A stretch of 64,000 nucleotides of DNA from a bacterium (GTDB taxonomy: Bacteria; Hinthialibacterota; Hinthialibacteria; Hinthialibacterales; Hinthialibacteraceae). Below, piece after piece: positions 9,440-16,942 of the stretch. The translations under genes were made by a program, and so were the position numbers. Within the stretch, counting starts at the first letter, position 1, and the number at the start of each line of letters is the position of its first letter. Under the pieces are notes generated by a model. It worked only from the letters and a program-made list of their open reading frames with translations, was not told where the DNA came from and did not search any database. Location of the stretch: NCBI GenBank assembly GCA_963662285.2, contig CAXXMV010000006.1, positions 224,001 to 288,000 of the forward strand, in the 5' to 3' direction.

Positions 9440-10534
9440 TCATAGATTAAAACTGTCTTGTATTAGAATTGCTTCTGAAAGAACATTTTTAAGAATTTTG
9501 AGTATTTGAGTTGAATCTATATCAGAGTATTTGATGTTTTTCTTTATTATGAAATGTTTAATACGATGAGTTTTCTCTATACAAATTATACTTGTAAGAT
9601 TTTTTGTTCCATGAAATTCTAGTATTTCAGATGAGATGTTTTCTTGAAAAGGAAGATTAATTTTTATGCATAATAATTCACTTTCAAAATTAAATATTAA
9701 ATTACCAATAATCTGATATTCACTATGATTAAATTTTATCTTGATTTTATCGAAATGCTTTTCTAATTCGAACGTAAGTTGTGAATCGATATTCATGTCA
9801 TGATAAATCTTATCTATTATATTGATTGATGCATTAGATTTAAGTTCGTTTATGGACGCTTCGTCATTGTTCATTGTTTCAAAATTTTTGTTTTGGGTAG
9901 GAGTATTATTTAAATCAATATTTTCATCATCATTGTTATCATCGAAATTAATAAACAAAGAATAAGGATCTTCTTCATCTTCTTCCAATGGTTTATTGGA
10001 TAAACCTTGAAGAAATCCATCATCACTATGATCTAAAACAGGATTATTATCTTCGTTGATATCATTGAAATTTTCATCTGGTAATTCAGGTAGATTAACT
10101 ATTTCAAATTCATTATCCTCATTTTCTATATTGATAGATTTAGTAGTCTCGGGATTTCTTGGATTGTTGATTTTTTTGTAGATTTTATCACATAATTTAT
10201 CATAAGAATCAGAAAAATTTCTATGGATTTTTAGGCGATTATTATGTTCTGTTTCATACGAGGTTACAATATTGGCTCTTTTAAGGCTTGCAATAGCTTT
10301 ATTTAAAAGAGTTGTTAATTCCTGTCTTTTCTTGCCCAGTGGAATAGTATCAACAAATAGGGTTAAATAATGTGAAACATGTTTTGTAATATCCGTGGAT
10401 TTACAACTCTTATGTTTGAAATCTAGAAGTGTTCCGACTATTGCAACTTTAGCAATGTCAATCGAAATATCTTGCATTTCAACGTTATTTAGTGAAAAAT
10501 AATCATCAAGGATTTCAAATGTATCCATTTGCAT
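9440..10534 (-). CDS. hypothetical protein (helical N-domain, acidic D/E/N linker, alpha/beta C-domain)
   Basis: 364-aa ORF with RBS GAGGA in AT-rich DNA; first gene of a tightly coupled operon. Confidence 0.8.
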   Translation of the reverse strand: MQMDTFEILDDYFSLNNVEMQDISIDIAKVAIVGTLLDFKHKSCKSTDITKHVSHYLTLFVDTIPLGKKRQELTTLLNKAIASLKRANIVTSYETEHNNRLKIHRNFSDSYDKLCDKIYKKINNPRNPETTKSINIENEDNEFEIVNLPELPDENFNDINEDNNPVLDHSDDGFLQGLSNKPLEEDEEDPYSLFINFDDNNDDENIDLNNTPTQNKNFETMNNDEASINELKSNASINIIDKIYHDMNIDSQLTFELEKHFDKIKIKFNHSEYQIIGNLIFNFESELLCIKINLPFQENISSEILEFHGTKNLTSIICIEKTHRIKHFIIKKNIKYSDIDSTQILKILKNVLSEAILIQDSFNL

Positions 10535-10642
10535 TAATTCCTCGAACTGCTTATAAATTATTAAATTTTATAAAATACGAAATCACCGAATATTCAGTAT
10601 CGCATATTTTTTTTACATTTTCAATGATATTAATTACTTATT

Positions 10643-10666
10643 TCACATTATAATATTATGATGTGA
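10643..10666. promoter_or_regulatory. operator-like palindrome containing a TATAAT box upstream of the island operon
   Basis: TCACATTATAA-TA-TTATGATGTGA, one mismatch between arms. Confidence 0.45.
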
Positions 10667-10668
10667 CG

Positions 10669-10708
10669 TATGTGGATTGATTAATTGGTCTTTAATCTAA
10701 TCCACATA
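10669..10708. repeat. hairpin/degenerate REP at island right boundary
   Basis: TATGTGGATT..AATCCACATA perfect 10-bp arms plus inner GATTAA/TTAATC. Confidence 0.55.
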
Positions 10709-10781
10709 TCCCCCATAGACGGTTCGTTTATCAAGTAGATATGATATTATTATCCAAACACATTTCACGGGAGAACGAGCG

Positions 10782-11813
10782 ATGCTGGCAGCGGTTTTGA
10801 AGGATTTTAATCAATTGGTGTTGGAAGATGTTCCGGTTCCTCAGCCGGGGCCGGGGCAGGTTTTGGTGAAGATTAAATCGTGCGGCATCTGCGCCACCGA
10901 TTTTAAGGCTATTACGGGAATAAGGCGTAATGTCGAGTTCCCCATAATCACGGGACACGAACCATCCGGTATTGTCGAGAAGACCGGCGCCGGGGTGACT
11001 CATGTTAAACAAGGCGACGCGGTTATCGTGCAGCCCAGCGGCTTCTGCGGTTACTGCCAGCATTGCCGCATGGGAAACACCCACTACTGCGAAGGCTCGT
11101 TCACCACTGGAGGCGACGGTCCCCCCGACACCCGCAATGGCAGTTTCGCCGAGTACACCCTTTGTCAGGTCGAGCAACTTTATCTCAAACCGGACAACCT
11201 CTCTTTTGACGAAGCCTGCCAAACCGAACCGCTCAGCGGCGCCTGGAAAGGCGTGATCAACTTTTCTGAAATGAAAGTGGGCGATGATGTAGTAGTGGTT
11301 GGTTCCGGTGGAATCGGCATGTACTGCCTGATGGTCGCCAAAGCGGCTGGCGCGGGACGTCTGATCGCGGTCGATATCAGCGATTACGCCCTCAATACCG
11401 CCAAAAAACTGGGCGCCACCCATATTGTTAATCCCAAAAACTGCGACGCCAAACAGGCGGTATACGATATTATCCCTGGAGGCCCGGATTTGATCGTCGA
11501 GGCGGCGGGACCAATCGATGCGGTTAAACTGATGGTCAGCCTATTGCGCCGGGGAACCCGGTGGAACGTTTTCGGCATCACCACCCACGAGAAATTTGAA
11601 CTGGACGGCGGCTTAACCCACTTCCTCGAAGCGCGGATGGATTCCAGTTTCGGAACCAACCCGCTAGCCATGCAGAACGCCATCCGTTTGATGGAGCGGG
11701 GATTAGTCAATCCCGAAGACGCCATCTCGCACCGCTTCCCCCTAAGCGAAATTCACGCCGCGATGGAGGTAATGGCATCGCCGGAACGCAATAAAGTAGT
11801 CATCAATCCTTGA
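10782..11813 (+). CDS. Zn-dependent medium-chain alcohol/polyol dehydrogenase
   Basis: CGICATD, GHE, CxxCxxC..C structural Zn, GSGGIG. Confidence 0.92.
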   Translation: MLAAVLKDFNQLVLEDVPVPQPGPGQVLVKIKSCGICATDFKAITGIRRNVEFPIITGHEPSGIVEKTGAGVTHVKQGDAVIVQPSGFCGYCQHCRMGNTHYCEGSFTTGGDGPPDTRNGSFAEYTLCQVEQLYLKPDNLSFDEACQTEPLSGAWKGVINFSEMKVGDDVVVVGSGGIGMYCLMVAKAAGAGRLIAVDISDYALNTAKKLGATHIVNPKNCDAKQAVYDIIPGGPDLIVEAAGPIDAVKLMVSLLRRGTRWNVFGITTHEKFELDGGLTHFLEARMDSSFGTNPLAMQNAIRLMERGLVNPEDAISHRFPLSEIHAAMEVMASPERNKVVINP

Positions 11814-11840
11814 TCTAATATAATGTGAATTATAAGAATT

Positions 11841-11873
11841 GTAGAGTGGGTCGCGCTTGATCGATCCACCGAA
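11841..11873. repeat. GTAG-type REP family B
   Basis: GTAGAGTGGGTCGCGC..GATCCACCGAA. Confidence 0.7.
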
Positions 11874-11984
11874 GACATGCCTTGTTATTTCCCAAAATTC
11901 CTCTCCCCCAATTTGGGAGAGAATACAAGATGTGGTTGTTTGCTGCAACCATAGATTTTCCAATTGACTTTAGGATTATATATC

Positions 11985-12136
11985 ATGGATAATAAACAAG
12001 TTAAATCGGATTACGCTGTCTAAGTCAAAAATGATGGGTATCAGATTTCATTGGAGACGTGGAAGATATTCCGTATTATCCCCGACCGGGATTCTTATTC
12101 CCTAAGAGGATACGGGTAATGGATGAGTCCGGTGAA
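11985..12136 (+). pseudogene. decayed small conserved hypothetical gene
   Basis: MDNKQVKSDYAV*VKNDGYQISLETWKIFRIIPD.. then frameshift to RIRVMDESGE; internal TAA 12021; ends at GGGCGCCC. Confidence 0.55.
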
Positions 12137-12267
12137 GGGCGCCCTGCGTTTTTTCGATCCACAGATAATAATGAATTGATGCGATATATTCATTGACATG
12201 CTTTACAATTCATGAGATAAATATTTGGAATTAATTTTATCTTTATAGAAGACAGGAGAAAAAAAGA

Positions 12268-13284
12268 ATGAAAAAAAAACATTTATGCGTCGTATTATTT
12301 TTGACCGTCGCGTGCACCGTATCGCTGACAGGGTGGTCGGATCCCTTCACTCCGGGCAACCTGGTCCTGGCGGATTGCAAACTGGACCGCTTGATCGAAG
12401 TCAAAATGGGGGATGCGGAATGCGAAGTTGTCCAGGTGGTAACATGGCCGCTGGGTGACATGAAGCGGCGTCGACCCCTGGGCGTTGCTTTCGACTCGGT
12501 TGGCAACTGCTACGTCGGTTGCACCGGCGTTCCCCAATCCGCTACCGAACTGGTCGACTATCCAACGGGACTTGCGGAAATTCTACGCATCACACCGGAT
12601 GGATCTCAACAGTTTTATCGCATGCCCAACACGATTGAGAAAATCTGTTGGACGAAAAGTTTCGGCCCCAACGAAGTGTTTGTGATGAGCAACGCCTTCT
12701 CATCTCATCCCACTTATCATTTCCGCGTTCGCTTTGACGGCGATACGATGCTGGAGCCAACACTTTTCGAAGTCTGCAAGGAAGCCGACGGCGATGGTAC
12801 CGCACTCCTGCTTGCCGACGGTCGGATATTGATCGCGAACGACGCCGAAAGCGTTATCAACATCTATGACGAAAACGGCGGCGAGCCTGTCGGTCAGATT
12901 CCCACCGAAGCAAACTACAATTCATTGGATTATTTGGAAGGAGCTCAATTCCTGGTTTGTTTAACCAATGATCAGCGTAGTGTGCATTTGGTCGATTTCG
13001 ATGGCGCCATTCACGACAGTTGGAATTTTATCGATGACGGGATTCAGCAGGTCTTCAACGTGCTCTTCATCCCCGGCGATCCAGACCACTTCGTCTGCCT
13101 GGATAAAAATCCAACCGCCGACACAATCAACAAAGTTTTCGTATATAATGCCAACGATTTCTTTGAACTACCCAAAGTTCTGCCGCTCGTTGGTTTGGAA
13201 GCATTCGGTTCGACGGACGAATCCTATTTCGATTACGCCTTTGTAAGCGAACCGGTTTCCGTTCCTGAATGGTCGATTTATTAA
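12268..13284 (+). CDS. secreted beta-propeller-like protein with C-terminal SVPEWSIY tail
   Basis: RBS AGGAG, signal peptide, NHL/SMP-30-like strand PLGVAFDSVGNCYV. Confidence 0.7.
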   Translation: MKKKHLCVVLFLTVACTVSLTGWSDPFTPGNLVLADCKLDRLIEVKMGDAECEVVQVVTWPLGDMKRRRPLGVAFDSVGNCYVGCTGVPQSATELVDYPTGLAEILRITPDGSQQFYRMPNTIEKICWTKSFGPNEVFVMSNAFSSHPTYHFRVRFDGDTMLEPTLFEVCKEADGDGTALLLADGRILIANDAESVINIYDENGGEPVGQIPTEANYNSLDYLEGAQFLVCLTNDQRSVHLVDFDGAIHDSWNFIDDGIQQVFNVLFIPGDPDHFVCLDKNPTADTINKVFVYNANDFFELPKVLPLVGLEAFGSTDESYFDYAFVSEPVSVPEWSIY

Positions 13285-13301
13285 TTCTCTTTTAAATTCA
13301 A

Positions 13302-13341
13302 AAAACCGGGGAGTATGGGCGACGCTCATCTCCCCGGTTTT
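13302..13341 (+). terminator. intrinsic terminator
   Basis: AAAACCGGGGAG..CTCCCCGGTTTT. Confidence 0.75.
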
Positions 13342-13391
13342 GTATATAAATTAGGATTATTTTTTGGCAAAACCGGATTTTTCGTAATATA

Positions 13392-13661
13392 ATGGATAAG
13401 AGAATCGCCATTCAAATGGAGAATATAATTGTGAATGCCACCGAAGAGATTATAGCGAAGATGGAAAAACTTCCTCCGGAAGAAATACGTGAGATTATTC
13501 AGCACTTTCAACCTGAAGATAAATTTTCGGACAAAATCACCCGTCAACTTCTTCAAGCAAAAAAAGACTCTGATGAAGGAATCAACATGAGTCCGGTTTA
13601 TAAAACCAAAGAAGAGGTTCAAGCCCATTTTGATCGCTTGGAAAGTAAAATTACTGTTTAA
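13392..13661 (+). CDS. putative type II antitoxin (RelB/DinJ-like)
   Basis: Small ORF upstream of RelE-family toxin; C-terminus GINMSPVYKTKEEV resembles RelB tails. Confidence 0.6.
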   Translation: MDKRIAIQMENIIVNATEEIIAKMEKLPPEEIREIIQHFQPEDKFSDKITRQLLQAKKDSDEGINMSPVYKTKEEVQAHFDRLESKITV

Positions 13662-13744
13662 AGCGATTATCAAAAATATGTTCGTTTATTATCACGTTTG
13701 GTTTTCAAATCGCAAATCAGAACATTATTATGAAAACTACTCCA
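13659..13744. mobile_element. IS630-like MITE between antitoxin and toxin
   Basis: Imperfect TIRs TAAAGCGATTATCA / TGAAAACTACTCCA; homologous to 16761-16878 and 31958-32024. Confidence 0.65.
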
Positions 13745-13745
13745 A

Positions 13746-14009
13746 ATGGATATAACTTTTCACAAGGACTTTGATAAGGCTCTTGAGAAATTCCCTCCGA
13801 AGACAAGAGATAAAGTTAGAAAAGTCCTTGATACTTTTCAAGATGATCCGCATGATCCCCAACTCGACAATCACGCCCTTCATGGCAATTTGCAGGATTT
13901 CCGATCAATTTCTGCAGGAGGAGACTTACGATTGGTTTTTGTGCAAGAAGATAACTACGAGTATGTACATTTCTATTTGGTTGGAACCCATAGTCAATTA
14001 TACGAATAA
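13746..14009 (+). CDS. RelE/YafQ-family mRNA interferase toxin
   Basis: F.K.L.K, NHALHGNLQDFRSIS..GDLRLVF, VGTHSQLY. Confidence 0.9.
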   Translation: MDITFHKDFDKALEKFPPKTRDKVRKVLDTFQDDPHDPQLDNHALHGNLQDFRSISAGGDLRLVFVQEDNYEYVHFYLVGTHSQLYE

Positions 14010-14172
14010 ACAATCGGCAAAAGGAACAAAGAAGATGGTAAAGGAAATGACAAAAGCCTTCTTGGACCTATTGAACAAGGCAGCGGATCAAGCGAACAAG
14101 AAAAATCCTGACGAACCCCCAATACCAAATAAAAGAGTATCACCGGAGATGCCAACCAAAAAACCCAAAAAA

Positions 14173-14199
14173 ATAACCCCTTGATTACCAAGGGGTTAT
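14173..14199 (-). terminator. hairpin downstream of tRNA-Ala (probably bidirectional terminator)
   Basis: ATAACCCCTTG-ATTAC-CAAGGGGTTAT next to an A-tract. Confidence 0.65.
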
Positions 14200-14209
14200 G
14201 GATTTTCTA

Positions 14210-14282
14210 TGGAGCGCATGGGACTCGAACCCACGACTTCTACCTTGCGAAGGTAGCGCTCTCCCAGCTGAGCTAGCGCCCC
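14210..14282 (-). tRNA. tRNA-Ala(CGC)
   Basis: GGGGCGC acceptor with G3-U70, anticodon loop TTCGCAA, T-loop GGTTCGAGTCC. Confidence 0.95.
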
Positions 14283-14362
14283 GGACAGATGAAAATTATA
14301 GCGCATTTGAAAACACGGAAAAGCCCTTAGTTCTTTATCGAAAATAATTGACTGAAATTGAT

Positions 14363-14391
14363 TTGCTTATAATGTTTAAATGTGATATAAT
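14363..14391 (+). promoter_or_regulatory. putative sigma70 promoter
   Basis: TTGCTT-N17-TATAAT. Confidence 0.5.
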
Positions 14392-14436
14392 ATGTCCATA
14401 AGTTGTGAGCGATTTTAATTGGAAGAGAGCGATATC

Positions 14437-14895
14437 ATGGTTGCTGAATTAATGTCTCCCCTACAGTCTGGACAACCACCAGCGCCGAATGCCGCGCCAG
14501 CTCCGGCTGCTGCGCCTATGCAGCGTACCGGACCGGCTGCTCCACCGATTCAGCAGCAAATTCCAAGCGCGCCGCCTCTACCAGGAACTTCAGCCGCTCA
14601 AGGAACCGCAGCTCGCACCCAGAGCAATGGCATAGACCGCGTCGAAATCAGTCAACAAGCAGTAAACGCAATGCCCAAAAACGCCCCTGGAGCTCCGAGC
14701 GTTTCCATTTTTAATTTAGATAATATGGAAAATCCTGCAACTGCGCCTGTACAGCCTAATGTAGGTGGATCGCCCAGTGCCGCGCCGAATAATAATTCCG
14801 GAGTTCCCGGAATGCTATACCCGCCAGCGGGAGGCCCACCGCCTCCCCCTCAAGATTACCAGTCTTCAGGTCAATTTCTCGATTTAACCGCTTAA
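14437..14895 (+). CDS. Pro/Ala-rich disordered protein with DRVEIS and terminal GQFLDLTA motifs
   Basis: ORF with upstream promoter; motifs recall FlgM-like and YjfB-like motility proteins. Confidence 0.55.
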   Translation: MVAELMSPLQSGQPPAPNAAPAPAAAPMQRTGPAAPPIQQQIPSAPPLPGTSAAQGTAARTQSNGIDRVEISQQAVNAMPKNAPGAPSVSIFNLDNMENPATAPVQPNVGGSPSAAPNNNSGVPGMLYPPAGGPPPPPQDYQSSGQFLDLTA

Positions 14896-15035
14896 TATTC
14901 CTATGTTTTTATGACGGTCAGGGCTGTCTTCCAGTCCCTTGGGACGTCTGTGTTCCCAAGTATAATGTATTCTAAGAACATTTCTGAGATTAACTTTAGC
15001 CGCATCGATACTATAATATTGGAATAGCATTAGTT

Positions 15036-15668
15036 ATGAGTACTATTGAATACAAAGGGATCATTCTGGCAAGTCAGTCGCCCCGGCGAAAAACTTTGCT
15101 GGAGATGTTAGGCATATCATTTACAGTGATACCGAGTCATATTACGGAATTGCCGCCCATGGGAGAAACTCCCGGATCATATTCCGCGCGTCTTGCTTTA
15201 GAAAAAGCAATGGAAATTGCGCACGACAATCCGGATGATGTGGTTATCGGCGCTGATACGGTTGTTGCTATTAATGATGTGATAATGGGTAAGCCCGGTT
15301 CGCCCAATGAGGCTTCGGTAATGTTGAGCCGTTTGTCTGGCGAATGGCACGAAGTATGGACGGGATTATGCCTTTATCACAAAAACAGCAACACTCAGCA
15401 TGTAAAAGCCGTTTGCTCTCAAGTGCGGTTCAAAAACCTGTCTACCGAAGAGATTGACGCTTATGTGAAAACCGGCGAACCAATGGATAAAGCCGGCGCC
15501 TACGCCATTCAAGGAAAAGGGCAGTCTCTGGTTAAAGAACTTAAAGGTTCTTTCCATAATGTAATCGGTCTGCCCACTTTGGAATTAGCCAAAATGCTGG
15601 AAGATATCGGCGTGAGCATTGACGATCAGTCGCAAAAGCATATACCGAATAAATGGAATGAGAATTAA
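15036..15668 (+). CDS. maf: Maf/YhdE nucleoside triphosphate pyrophosphatase
   Basis: ILASQSPRR, IGADTVV, GEPMDKAGAYAIQG, NVIGLP. Confidence 0.95.
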   Translation: MSTIEYKGIILASQSPRRKTLLEMLGISFTVIPSHITELPPMGETPGSYSARLALEKAMEIAHDNPDDVVIGADTVVAINDVIMGKPGSPNEASVMLSRLSGEWHEVWTGLCLYHKNSNTQHVKAVCSQVRFKNLSTEEIDAYVKTGEPMDKAGAYAIQGKGQSLVKELKGSFHNVIGLPTLELAKMLEDIGVSIDDQSQKHIPNKWNEN

Positions 15669-15789
15669 GAATAGATTTTTTGTTCATTATATTATTTATT
15701 GGTGATGGCAGGCCATAAACCATCTATAGCAATTGAAGGATGTTGTTAAAAAGATGATGCGGGAATAAAAAGATATAGAGGATAATTCC

Positions 15790-16188
15790 ATGATTGAAAT
15801 GGATTTTTATGAATTGCGTTTAGATGAAACCGGAGCTGATCAGATTATCATACTGAAGGAGAAGAACGGCGAACGTATGATGCCCATTCTGATCGGTTAT
15901 TATGAAGCGCAATCGATCCACCTCGCCTTAAATGATATCCACATCCAACGTCCACTGACGCACGATTTATCGGTTAATATTATTGATGCGCTCAAAGCCA
16001 AGGTTGAACGCGTGGTTGTTAACGATCTACGTGAATCAACCTTCTACGCCCGTATACATTTCTCGACCTCCAACGGTCCAATCGACGTCGATTCACGTCC
16101 CAGTGATGCTATCGCTATTGCGGTGCGCATCAATGCTCCCATTTTCGTAGCAAAGGATTTACTCGAGCAGATCACCAAAGGAAATTAA
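15790..16188 (+). CDS. bifunctional nuclease family protein (DUF151)
   Basis: PILIG..EA, RPLTHDL, FYARI, DSRPSDAIAIA. Confidence 0.92.
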   Translation: MIEMDFYELRLDETGADQIIILKEKNGERMMPILIGYYEAQSIHLALNDIHIQRPLTHDLSVNIIDALKAKVERVVVNDLRESTFYARIHFSTSNGPIDVDSRPSDAIAIAVRINAPIFVAKDLLEQITKGN

Positions 16189-16301
16189 ATTCGAGTGGTT
16201 TTCATTATCGAAGATATTACACCATAATGAAGGCGAATAGTGTTGATAGCCTTTCTAGTGATTTGAACATAAGTGCAATGATAAAAATATGTTATATGAC
16301 T

Positions 16302-16328
16302 TAAGGAAACAGTGCTATTAACCGATAA
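16302..16328 (+). promoter_or_regulatory. putative sigma28 (FliA) promoter
   Basis: TAAG-N15-ACCGATAA versus consensus TAAA-N15-GCCGATAA. Confidence 0.5.
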
Positions 16329-16476
16329 TTAAACTACGTCTTTATATGGCGTTGGAGTGATTATGAAAATCACTCTATATATAATGTTATTTTTATGCGC
16401 GAGCGCACAGGTTCGTTAGAGCATATTAGTTGGGTTAGAGGGCGTTGAAGATACCTTGAAGAAAGAGGTGCTACCA

Positions 16477-16764
16477 ATGCCCCATGATAAAACGAGTACG
16501 GTATGTATTAGATGTGGTAAAACCTCGAAGACCGTGGTTTGCATGAGTTGCTTTTTTAAATATCAACATTCATCTTATGAGGTTGAAGAAGAGGCCAAGG
16601 TTTCTTTTTCTTCGCGTCTTCCAAAGATGGATAAACATGATGGTCCTGAAATGGAAATTATCTGGGATGATGATGTTCTGCAAGAATTGGATTTAACCAA
16701 AAAAAATCCACCTCAAGAGCCGGATCAATCAACTTCCTGGTTTTCCCGTCTACCCCGGTTCTAG
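16477..16764 (+). CDS. small protein with CxxC..CxxC zinc ribbon
   Basis: RBS GAGGT; CIRC..CMSC. Confidence 0.6.
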   Translation: MPHDKTSTVCIRCGKTSKTVVCMSCFFKYQHSSYEVEEEAKVSFSSRLPKMDKHDGPEMEIIWDDDVLQELDLTKKNPPQEPDQSTSWFSRLPRF

Positions 16765-16878
16765 AGCGGTTCTTGAAAAATAGCGTTTGTATACAGGAAA
16801 ACTTTGTCTTCAAAAGAGGCAGAGTTTTTTTTGCTTTTGGGAATCGCCAATCAGAACATTATTATGAAAACTACTATA
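16761..16878. mobile_element. IS630-like MITE
   Basis: Ends TAGAGCGGTTCTTG / GAAAACTACTATA; 33 of 34 nt shared with 13708-13741. Confidence 0.6.
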
Positions 16879-16882
16879 GTAC

Positions 16883-16915
16883 AAAAAAAGAGACCAGTTG
16901 ACGCTGGTCTCTTTT
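16883..16915. terminator. bidirectional terminator
   Basis: AAAAGAGACCAG..CTGGTCTCTTTT between convergent genes. Confidence 0.75.
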
Positions 16916-16942
16916 GATTTCTATGATATTAATAATATTTAC

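Noticed and set aside
10731-11423. 230-aa antisense ORF
   Set aside because: Shadow of the well-supported Zn-dehydrogenase
14035-14184. 49-aa ORF after the toxin (tail of ORF 13771-14184)
   Set aside because: No recognisable motif and runs into the terminator; cannot be supported
14377-14401. Sigma28 promoter for the Pro-rich gene
   Set aside because: Spacing is 13 rather than 15; a sigma70 match fits better
13708-16875. 34-bp direct repeat as attL/attR of an island
   Set aside because: Encloses housekeeping genes (tRNA, maf); a third inverted relative at 31958 shows it is part of a MITE family
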